NCBI GenBank assembly: GCA_965228735.1
Contig: OZ245838.1
Location: 4,544,001-4,608,000, forward strand
Source of the DNA: Planctomycetota bacterium
GTDB taxonomy: Bacteria > Planctomycetota > UBA1135 > UBA2386
Direction: 5' to 3'
DNA: 64,000 nt
Shown here: piece by piece, positions 20,817 through 31,867 of the stretch
Layout: each line of letters starts with the position of its first letter
How positions within the stretch are numbered: position 1 is the stretch's first letter
The notes under the pieces: generated by a model
What the model saw: only the letters and a program-made list of their open reading frames with translations
Told to the model about the DNA's origin: nothing
Databases searched by the model: none
Program-made: the position numbers and the translations under genes

Positions 20817-21929
20817 ATGCGCATCGGTATCGTCTGCTACCCGACCGTCGGCGGCTCCGGCGTGATCGCGACCGAAGTCGCCAACGAACTGGCCGTTCGA
20901 GGCCACGACGTGCACCTGCTGAGCTACGACCGGCCGGGCCGGATGCGTCGCGGCATCCCGGGGTTGCGATTCCACGAGGTCAGCGTGACGCCGTACCCGC
21001 TGTTTCGCTTCCCGCCGTACGACCTCGCGCTCGCGACGCGGATGCTCGAGGTCCGCGAAGAGGCTCAGGTCGACATCTTCCACGTGCACTACGCGATCCC
21101 ACACGCGGTCAGCGCGTTCCTCGCACGCAGCATGTGCGGCGGCAACCGCAGTCTCGAGTTCGTCACGACCCTGCACGGCACGGACATCACGGTCGTCGGC
21201 AGTGACCGGGCCTATCTGCGGCCGACGCTATTCGCGCTCGAGCAGAGCAGCGCGCTCACGGCCGTGAGCCGCTACCTGGCCGAAGAGACCCAGCTCGTGT
21301 TCGGCATGAAGAAGCCGGTCGAGGTCATCCCCAACTTCATCGACACCAACACCTGGCGTCCCGACGGCGCCGAGCGCTACTACGACCGCAATGACGAGGA
21401 GCGCATTCTCGTCCACGTGTCGAACTTCCGCCCGGTGAAACGTGTCGCCGACATCGTGCGCGCGTTCGCGCAGATCCAGGCCAAGGTGCCGGCTCGGCTC
21501 TGGCTCCTCGGCGACGGCCCGGACCGCGAGCACGCGCTGGCCGTGGCGACCGACCTCGGGTGCCGCAACAAGGTCGAGCATTTCGGCGTCGTCGATCGCC
21601 TCGAACAGATGCTGCCGCGCGCCGACCTGTTCTTGTCCGCGTCGGACACCGAGAGCTTCGGGCTGTCGATGCTCGAGGCGATGGCATGCGGGGTGCCGTG
21701 CGTGAGCACGCGGGTCGGTGGCGTCGCGGAAGTCCTCGGCTCGACGGGCGCACTGACGCCACCGCAGGATCCACAGGCGCTCGCCGAGGCCGCGATCCGG
21801 CTGCTCACCGACCCCGAGCTGCATCGCGAACACTCGCAGCAGAGTCGCGCGCGCGCCGTCGAGCTGTTCGCTTCCGAGAAGGCGATCGACCAGTACGTCG
21901 CGCTCTACGAACGCGTCCTCGGGCAGTGA
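20817..21929 (+). CDS. bshA: N-acetyl-alpha-D-glucosaminyl L-malate synthase BshA (GT4)
   Basis: MRIGIVCYPTVGGSGVIATE, HVHYAIPHA, TTLHGTDITVVG, HVSNFRPVKRV, ESFGL..LEAMACGVP. Confidence 0.94.
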   Translation: MRIGIVCYPTVGGSGVIATEVANELAVRGHDVHLLSYDRPGRMRRGIPGLRFHEVSVTPYPLFRFPPYDLALATRMLEVREEAQVDIFHVHYAIPHAVSAFLARSMCGGNRSLEFVTTLHGTDITVVGSDRAYLRPTLFALEQSSALTAVSRYLAEETQLVFGMKKPVEVIPNFIDTNTWRPDGAERYYDRNDEERILVHVSNFRPVKRVADIVRAFAQIQAKVPARLWLLGDGPDREHALAVATDLGCRNKVEHFGVVDRLEQMLPRADLFLSASDTESFGLSMLEAMACGVPCVSTRVGGVAEVLGSTGALTPPQDPQALAEAAIRLLTDPELHREHSQQSRARAVELFASEKAIDQYVALYERVLGQ

Positions 21930-23044
21930 CCGAGCCGCGGCCGATCTTCTGCGACTACAACGCCGGTGCGCCGGTCGAACCGGACGTTCTGGAGCGTTTC
22001 GCAACGGTCGAACGGGACGCGCCGGGCAACCCGGCGAGCGTCCACGGCAGCGGGCGACGGGCGCGCGCGGTGCTCGAAGCAGCCCGCGCCGAGATCGCGA
22101 CGGCGCTCGCGGTGCACCCGGACGAGGTCGTGTTCACGAGCGGCGGCACCGAAGCCGCCAATCTGGCGGTCCGCGGGCTCGGCGATCGCGCGCTGCCCGT
22201 GCTGCTCGGGCCACACGAGCACCCGGCGGTGCTCGCGCCCGGCACGGAACGGGGCACGGTCGAATGGGCCGTGGACCGGACCGGCACGGCTGCCATCGAG
22301 TCACCTGCATCGCCCGTCGGTTTGCTCGCGCTCGTGCACGCGCAGAGCGAGCTAGGGACCCTGCAACCGATTCAGGCGGCCGGCGATCTGGCGCAACGGC
22401 TCGGTGTTCCGCTCGTCGTGGACTGCGCGCAGTCCCTGGGGCGCGTGCCGCTCGACGACGTCGTCGCGCGGGCCGATGCGTTCGTGCTGTCGCCGCACAA
22501 GTGCGGTGGACTCCGCGGCCATGGCGTGCTCGTCGTGCGACGCTCTGCCGGACCGCTGACGCCACTGTTGCGCGGTGGCAGTCAGGAAGGCGCGTTGCGA
22601 GCCGGCACCCAGAGCCCGGCACTCGCGAGCGCCAACGCGTTGGCAATTACGCGCGCCGTCCGTGAGCAAGCCGAACGACACACCACGATGGCGCGCAATC
22701 GCGCCGCGTTCCTCGCGGGGCTGGAGGCGAGCGGCGCGCGCTTCACGATCCTGACGCCGCTGCCAACGAGCGTGCCCAACACGGTGATGCTCGCGCTGCC
22801 GGGACACGATGGCCGCAACTTGCTGCCAATGCTCGACCTCGCCGGAGTGCAGGCGTCGCACGGCAGCGCCTGCTCGGCCGGTTCGCCGACGCCGCCGCGC
22901 GTATTGCGCGCGATCGGTCTCGACGACGACATCGCGCGGGCCTGCATCCGGTTCAGCTTCGGGTACCGCGACGACCCAGCGACGACACGCGCGTGCGGCG
23001 AGCGCGTCGGTGCAGTGGTGCAGCGTCGCAGCCAAAAAAACTAA
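21926..23044 (+). CDS. Cysteine desulfurase (IscS/NifS-like, class V PLP aminotransferase)
   Basis: DYNA, GNPASVH, FTSGGTEA, SPHK (PLP Lys), RAGT, SHGSACSAG; GTGA overlap with bshA. Confidence 0.88.
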   Translation: MTEPRPIFCDYNAGAPVEPDVLERFATVERDAPGNPASVHGSGRRARAVLEAARAEIATALAVHPDEVVFTSGGTEAANLAVRGLGDRALPVLLGPHEHPAVLAPGTERGTVEWAVDRTGTAAIESPASPVGLLALVHAQSELGTLQPIQAAGDLAQRLGVPLVVDCAQSLGRVPLDDVVARADAFVLSPHKCGGLRGHGVLVVRRSAGPLTPLLRGGSQEGALRAGTQSPALASANALAITRAVREQAERHTTMARNRAAFLAGLEASGARFTILTPLPTSVPNTVMLALPGHDGRNLLPMLDLAGVQASHGSACSAGSPTPPRVLRAIGLDDDIARACIRFSFGYRDDPATTRACGERVGAVVQRRSQKN

Positions 23045-23844
23045 CACCCCACGCCGGCCTCGTGCACGACCTACGGGTTGTGCCCAAGTCCTTGCTCCTC
23101 GTGGACGAGCGTTCACACAACGCACACGGAATGCACACCGAGCGGGCGCGGCGCGCTCCAAAGTTGATCGACTCTGCTTGCACCGCATCGCGTTCGAGGT
23201 AAGACAGGGCCCGTCAGTCGAGGAGCCGACGTCGACGCGCGCACCTGTTAGTGCAAGAGTTGACAATGGTTCGAACGGACTCGACGCGTCTCTCTCGTTC
23301 TTCTCAACAGTTGCCTCACGACGCGACGGTGCATGTCCGCGTGACTCCACGCTGCTGAGTCTGCCGGGGGAAAGCGTCAGTCCGAGTCAGCAGTCAGTCC
23401 CTAGATCGCCACAATTCGTTTTCGACCGGTCCAGACCAGCCCAAGGTCAGCTCACCCAGGTCAGGCCGCTCGCCCAGTCGCTTCGCGACGAACCTACTCC
23501 ACAGAATGGGGAGAGGTCCGTACGAAGTGCATGCTCGTTCGGGCTTCGCCTGCAGCGGGTGCGGCGCGCGGTTCCGCTTTGCGGGGGTCGAGTCCGGTTG
23601 GTTGGCACAGAGAGCGTCGCCTCGTTTCGACGAGCAACGGCCGCTGCCGAAAGCGAAATGTGGTGATCCGGGGACTGGCAGTTCAAGACCGACAGGTCAC
23701 GGTCACAGCGCTGGTCGCGGTCCATTGGGCCGGGCGGTCCATCGGGCCAGTCAACAGCCAGCGTAGTCCGGTTTCGCAAACGTCTCATCAAGAACTGGTC
23801 AACTTGAGGTTCGCCCAGCGGACCACCCGAGGAGTCCCCACGAT

Positions 23845-25626
23845 ATGGCCGAAGCTCTGCAGCCCGATCCGAGCCGCCCCAACGCCAACCCGACCGCCAC
23901 CGCAGGAGGGGTGGCTCCGCAGGGGGGCGCGACCGAAAGGGCCGAACGGCGGCACCTCGGCCAGCTGCTGCACGAACTCGCCGACCGCGTGCGCCGCGAG
24001 CAACTCGAGACCTGGTTCCGTTCCCTCGACGTCGTCCGCATGACCGAAGCCGAGATCGAGTTCTCGGTCACGAGCCAGTTCGTCCGCGACTGGCTGCAGA
24101 AGAACTTCCTCGGCGAGCTCCAGTCAGCCGTGATGACGGTCCTGCGGGCCGCCGCGAGTGATCGGGTGACCGATGGCGATGGCACTGCCGTCGCGGAACG
24201 CCGCGTGTTGCTGAGCTACCGCGAGGAGGACGGCTGGGACAGCCTGCGATTCGCGAACCTCGATGCCGGCACGCGGTCGTCGGTGAGTTCGGTCGCGCAC
24301 GGCGTCGAGACCGTCATGGATCCGCTGCGGCGCCAATTCGACGGGAGCCAGTTCGAAGGGGGCCAGTTCGAAGGGGGCCAGAACCCGGGTGGCGCCCACC
24401 CGCCGGCTGCCGATCCGGCTGCCGGAACTCCGAATCGCGGTGGGGGCCGGAACGGCGACCTCGGAGCAGCGGCGGGGACCCCGACGCATCGGCCGGCTGG
24501 TGGTCGCGCAGTCGGCGATCGGCCAGGCGGTGATCGGAGTGGGGGCGGTATGCGTTCGGGCGGCGATGGCCGGCGGCCCGCGGTCCGGTCGGCCGACGCG
24601 CCCCGCCTCAACCCCAACTACTCGTTCGACAAGTTCGTCGTCGGCGCTTGCAACCGGCTCGCCCACGCCTCGGCGATCGCGATCGCCGAGAACCCTGGCT
24701 TCGCCTACAACCCGCTGTTCGTGCACGGCAACGTCGGCCTCGGCAAGTCCCATCTGCTGCAGGCCATCTGCCACACGATCGTCAAGCGCTCGACGAACGC
24801 TCGCGTCATCTACATGAGCTGCGAGGACTTCACGAACGCGTTCATCGAAGCGATCCAGCAGAAGCGCGTCGAAGCGTTCCGCCAGCATTACCGCTCCGCC
24901 GACGTGCTCGTCATCGACGACGTGCAGTTCCTCGCGCACAAGGACAAGACGCAGGACGAGTTCTTTCACACGTTCAACGCCCTCTACGACGATCAGAAGC
25001 AGATCGTGCTGTCGTCCGACCGTCCGCCGGTCGAGATCCCGACGATCGAAGAACGGCTCGTCTCGCGCTTCAAGTGGGGCCTCGTGGCCGAGGTCGAGGC
25101 GCCGGACTTCGAGACCCGCAAGGCGATCGTGCTGCGCAAGGCGGCCGGTCGCGGCACCGAGCTGCCGGACGAGGTCGCCACGTTCCTCGCCGAGCGCGTC
25201 GCCACGAACATCCGTGAGCTCGAGGGCGCCGTGATCAAGGTCGTCGGCATCGCGGCGATCACGGGTCAGGCGATCACGCTGAGCCTCGCCGAGACCTGCA
25301 TGCGCGGGCTGCCGGTGCGCAGCGGCCAGGTGTCCGCGGACGACATCATGAGCCTGATCACGGGCGAGTTCGCGATCTCGGCGCGCGACCTCACCGGCAA
25401 GAGCCGCACCCAGATGGTCAGCCTGCCGCGCCAGGTGGCGATGTATCTGATCCGTGAGCACACGGAGAACTCCCTCGAGGACGTCGGCCGCATCTTCGGC
25501 GGCCGCGACCACACCACGGTGCTCTACGCGGTCAACAAGATCCGCGAGCGGCTGCAGCGCGACCGCACGTTCAAGGACCTGATCGAGTCGTTGAGCAACC
25601 GCCTGCTGACCCGCACGTTCCGCTAG
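23845..25626 (+). CDS. dnaA: Chromosomal replication initiator DnaA with long Gly/Pro-rich domain II
   Basis: LNPNYSFDKFVVG, YNPLFVHGNVGLGKSHL, IDDVQF, QDEFFHTFN, NIRELEGA, FGGRDHTTVLYA; GAGGAG upstream of the start. Confidence 0.97.
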   Translation: MAEALQPDPSRPNANPTATAGGVAPQGGATERAERRHLGQLLHELADRVRREQLETWFRSLDVVRMTEAEIEFSVTSQFVRDWLQKNFLGELQSAVMTVLRAAASDRVTDGDGTAVAERRVLLSYREEDGWDSLRFANLDAGTRSSVSSVAHGVETVMDPLRRQFDGSQFEGGQFEGGQNPGGAHPPAADPAAGTPNRGGGRNGDLGAAAGTPTHRPAGGRAVGDRPGGDRSGGGMRSGGDGRRPAVRSADAPRLNPNYSFDKFVVGACNRLAHASAIAIAENPGFAYNPLFVHGNVGLGKSHLLQAICHTIVKRSTNARVIYMSCEDFTNAFIEAIQQKRVEAFRQHYRSADVLVIDDVQFLAHKDKTQDEFFHTFNALYDDQKQIVLSSDRPPVEIPTIEERLVSRFKWGLVAEVEAPDFETRKAIVLRKAAGRGTELPDEVATFLAERVATNIRELEGAVIKVVGIAAITGQAITLSLAETCMRGLPVRSGQVSADDIMSLITGEFAISARDLTGKSRTQMVSLPRQVAMYLIREHTENSLEDVGRIFGGRDHTTVLYAVNKIRERLQRDRTFKDLIESLSNRLLTRTFR

Positions 25627-26359
25627 CGGAGTCGCAGGCCGAAAGCCGCAGCAGGCTGAGCCGCAGCAGGCTGAGCCGCAGCAGGCTGAGCCGCAGCAGG
25701 CTGGGCCACAGTTGGCTGGTCCACAGCAGGCTGGGCCACAGCGGGCTGGGCCGCGACCTACGTGCGTCAGCCGTACCCCTTCGTACGCGCGAGCCGGACG
25801 GCCGCTACGACCCCGACCTCCGGTCCGCCGACCATTGCGCGAACCCGATCTTTTGACGCGTTGGTCCTGCGCTGCCAGCGGCCCCGAATCGGCGGTAGCG
25901 CATCAAGTCATGAAACCTGTTGGCATGCTTTGGGCCAACGCTGGAGGTACTCCGAGGACCTCTGGAGCAGTTTCGACGACCGCCGACGAGGGCTCGTTGC
26001 GACTCCCCGAATCCCCCTGAACCGGCGACCCCACGCGAGCCTTTCCCCGCGAGTTTTCCCGTCCGGGAACGGCTCACGAACAGCCCCGCGAAACGCCGTC
26101 CGAACGGCTCAGAACCCGGCTTTCTGCGTCGCTAGAACGACCCTCTCCGAGTACGTTCTGCACAGTCGTGACGGCACGGACTACGAGTGAGAGACGAGGA
26201 TTTTTCTTCTATCACTAGCAGCTCCTGACCCCGACCGGAGCCAGACCGATCTTCGGCCACACGACCTGCACCCTCCTGTCCTGCATCCTCCTGGCCAGCA
26301 CCACAGCGACCCGCATCCACAGCCGACCAGCAAACCCAGCTGACGAGCATTCAGGCGCC
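25627..26359. promoter_or_regulatory. Putative replication origin (oriC) in the dnaA-dnaN intergenic region
   Basis: Canonical location; DnaA-box-like TTCTGCACA (26156) and GCATCCACA (26313); AT-rich trio-like ATT TTT CTT CTA TCA CTA (26200-26217). Confidence 0.6.
25644..25754 (+). repeat. 15-bp tandem repeat: 4 perfect AGCCGCAGCAGGCTG, 3 variants and a partial copy
   Basis: Perfect units start at 25644, 25659, 25674, 25689; variants at 25704, 25719, 25734. Confidence 0.9.
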
Positions 26360-26362
26360 TTG

Positions 26363-27466
26363 ATGAAGATCCTCTGTGACCGATCCGTTCTGCTCGAAGG
26401 AGTGAACGTCGTCTCGTCCGTGATCCCGGCGAAGACGACCAAACCGATCCTGCAGAACATGATGCTGCGCACGGACGCGGAGTCCGGCGGCGGCATCACG
26501 CTCTTCGCCACCGACCTCGAGATGGCCGCCCGCGTGCACATCGAGTCGGTGAAAGTACAGAAGGAAGGCGCGGCGCTGCTGCCGGGCCGCGAATTGTCGG
26601 CGCTGCTGCGCGAGATCGGTGACGCCACGGTGACGCTCGCGAGCAGCGAGCAACGCTGCAAGATCGACAGCAACGGTGGTTCGTTCGTGCTGCTCGGCGA
26701 GGACGTGACGCAGTATCCGGAGGAGTTCGAGCTCAAGTCCGGCAAGAAGGTCGAGATCGCCTGCGGCAGCATGCTCAGGATGATCCAGGAGACCGTGTTC
26801 GCCGCCGCGAGGGAAGAGACCCGCTACGCGATCAACGGCGTCCTGGTCGATTGTGGCGGCTCCTGCATGCGTCTCGTGGCGACGGATGGCCGCCGGCTCT
26901 CGATCAGCTACGAGAACATCGAAACGACCGAGGACTTCAAGGTCGTCGTGCCGCTGCGGGCGCTGCACACGCTGGCCAAGGCGTTGCCCGAGGGTGACGA
27001 CACGCCGCTCGTGATCGAGGTCGGTGACAAGCAGATCTCGTTCACGAACGGACGGATCCAGCTCGTGAGTCAGCTGCTCGAGACCCGGTTCCCCGACTAC
27101 GAGGGCGTCGTGCCCAAGTCCGCCGAGACGACCGTCGAGATCGATCGGGTCGCGCTCGAGGGCGCGCTGCGGCGCGCGGCGATCCTCGCGGCCAGCGAGA
27201 TGCGCATGGTCCGCTTCGAGGTCAACGACAACAGCCTGCTCCTCACGGCCGAGAGCTCGGCTCGCGGCCGCGCCGACGTCACGCTCGAAGCGGTTGTCAA
27301 GGGCGCTGGTGGCAGCATCAACTTCAATCCGGACTACATCCTCGAGGGTCTGCGCGTCTGCGACCTCGAGCAGGTCCGGCTCGACATGTCGGACGACTCG
27401 ATGCCGGCGAAGTTCACGCTCGGCGAGTCGTTCACCTATGTCGTGATGCCGATCAGTGGAACCTAA
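26363..27466 (+). CDS. dnaN: DNA polymerase III beta sliding clamp
   Basis: KTTKPILQN, ATDLE, ETRYAINGV, VATDGRRL, FPDYEGVVP, FNPDY, YVVMP. Confidence 0.96.
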   Translation: MKILCDRSVLLEGVNVVSSVIPAKTTKPILQNMMLRTDAESGGGITLFATDLEMAARVHIESVKVQKEGAALLPGRELSALLREIGDATVTLASSEQRCKIDSNGGSFVLLGEDVTQYPEEFELKSGKKVEIACGSMLRMIQETVFAAAREETRYAINGVLVDCGGSCMRLVATDGRRLSISYENIETTEDFKVVVPLRALHTLAKALPEGDDTPLVIEVGDKQISFTNGRIQLVSQLLETRFPDYEGVVPKSAETTVEIDRVALEGALRRAAILAASEMRMVRFEVNDNSLLLTAESSARGRADVTLEAVVKGAGGSINFNPDYILEGLRVCDLEQVRLDMSDDSMPAKFTLGESFTYVVMPISGT

Positions 27467-27475
27467 TCTCCGAGC

Positions 27476-30248
<2,773 letters not shown>

Positions 30249-30318
30249 TGCTCCCAGGATTGGGGCGGGTTGGCGACGGTCCGCGGCCCCGTTCGGCTAC
30301 CTTCTGCGCGAGGTCGGT

Positions 30319-31854
30319 ATGCACCGGATGCGCTATCTCGTCGGAATCTTGACCCTCGCGGCCGCGATCGCGGCCGCGATCTGGATCGTGCGGCTGCTGC
30401 AGCAGCTCGACGATCGGCCCGGCGTCATGGTGCAGATCGAGTTTCGGGATGCGCGCGGCCTGCGGGCCGGCGCCGACGTGCGCTTTCGCGGTGTGCGGGC
30501 TGGCACGGTGCGATCGGTCCGCGTCGGCGATCACGGGAGCCGAGCCGTCGTGCGGGCGTTGCTCGATCCGGCCGCGGCGGCGCACGCCCGCGTCAACACC
30601 ACGTTCTGGATCGTCACGCCGCGCTTCGCCGGGATCACGGACGGCGCGACGGGGCTCGACACGCTCGTGCGCGACGCCTACCTCGCGTTCCACACCCCGG
30701 ACGAGCCGGGTTCGCGGCTCGCGGAGGGCAGCCTGGTGCCGGGCAGCGAACGGCCGCCTGCCGCGACCGCGAGTCGGAAGCTCGACGACGTCGCGCCGGG
30801 CGATCTGATGATGCACGTGCTGTTGCCGGAGAACCACGGCCTGCGCGCCGGCTCGCCGGTCACGTTCCGCGGCATCGCGACCGGTGAGGTCCGGGCCGTC
30901 GACCTCGCGCCCGAGGGCACGCATGTCACGGCGTCGGTCCGCGTCCTGCGGCGGTACCGCCAGACGGTGACGGACGCGACCGTGTTCTGGGTCGCGCGGC
31001 CGCAGTTGTCGGGCGCGTTGTTCACCGGCTTCCGCGTCGACGACGTCAGTGCGTTGCTGTCGCCGTACCTGAGCTACTACGGCGAGAGTGGCGTCGGGCT
31101 GCCGGTCGAGGACCACTATCGCACCGTGGCGCAGGCCGAACGCCCGAGTCTCGATGTCGCCGACGTGCCGCCCGCGGCGCTAGCGCGTGATCCGGAGGCC
31201 GAGACCGCGACGCCGGACGGCATCGCGCTCGTGCGCATCGTCTACGCGGCGACCGAGCTCGACACGTTCTCCGCCAACGACCCGATCCGCGTCGAGGGTT
31301 CGGGCGTGCTCTATCTCGACCGCAGCGGTCGGCCCGTCGTCGTGACCGCGCGCAGCCTCGTCGATGGCACCTACGTCGAACGCGATGCGTTCGGCGGCGA
31401 TCCGGAGGTCGTCGACGAGCAGATCAAGGTCATGCTCGAGAGCGGTGCCGTCGTGCACGCGGGGCGCGTGTGGGTCGAGCCGGGCGGCGCCGATCTCGCG
31501 GCGCTCGTGCTGACCGATCCGCCGCCCGAGTTGCGCGGCACGGCGACCGAACTGCTGAACTTCGGGGCCGACGGTGCCCGCCCGGACGGTGTCGACCCGG
31601 CTGCCGTCGATTCGGGCACCGTCAGCGCGGCCGGGCCGCTCTACCTGCGGCGGGCCGGGGCGGACGGCACCGCGCTCACGCGCGAGGACTTCGATCGCGG
31701 CAACCCGCAGCCGATCGGCGAGCATCTCGGTGCCGCGGTGCTCGCCGACACGCGCGTGGTCGGGGTCTACGCGCGCACCCTCGATGCGCCGGACGTGCCG
31801 CTCCTCGTCGCGCTGCGATTGCTCCCCGAGGACCTCCGGCCGCGGCCGGAGTGA
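30319..31854 (+). CDS. MCE (MlaD/PqiB-like) protein: N-terminal TM, two MCE domains and a C-terminal trypsin-like region
   Basis: ARGLRAGADVRFRGVRAGTV..FWIVTP and HGLRAGSPVTFRGIATGEV..FWVARP. Confidence 0.85.
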   Translation: MHRMRYLVGILTLAAAIAAAIWIVRLLQQLDDRPGVMVQIEFRDARGLRAGADVRFRGVRAGTVRSVRVGDHGSRAVVRALLDPAAAAHARVNTTFWIVTPRFAGITDGATGLDTLVRDAYLAFHTPDEPGSRLAEGSLVPGSERPPAATASRKLDDVAPGDLMMHVLLPENHGLRAGSPVTFRGIATGEVRAVDLAPEGTHVTASVRVLRRYRQTVTDATVFWVARPQLSGALFTGFRVDDVSALLSPYLSYYGESGVGLPVEDHYRTVAQAERPSLDVADVPPAALARDPEAETATPDGIALVRIVYAATELDTFSANDPIRVEGSGVLYLDRSGRPVVVTARSLVDGTYVERDAFGGDPEVVDEQIKVMLESGAVVHAGRVWVEPGGADLAALVLTDPPPELRGTATELLNFGADGARPDGVDPAAVDSGTVSAAGPLYLRRAGADGTALTREDFDRGNPQPIGEHLGAAVLADTRVVGVYARTLDAPDVPLLVALRLLPEDLRPRPE

Positions 31855-31867
31855 GCGAGAGGACCGC

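Noticed and set aside
23034..23040. A7 run at the end of the cysteine desulfurase as a programmed frameshift
   Set aside because: The protein is already complete, and the alternative frames give no recognisable extension.
23506..23766. ORF with CSGC as a zinc-ribbon gene
   Set aside because: Single CxxC, atypical codon usage, no RBS; probably non-coding.
25644..25754. CRISPR array interpretation of the tandem repeat
   Set aside because: 15-bp units with no unique spacers and no cas genes.
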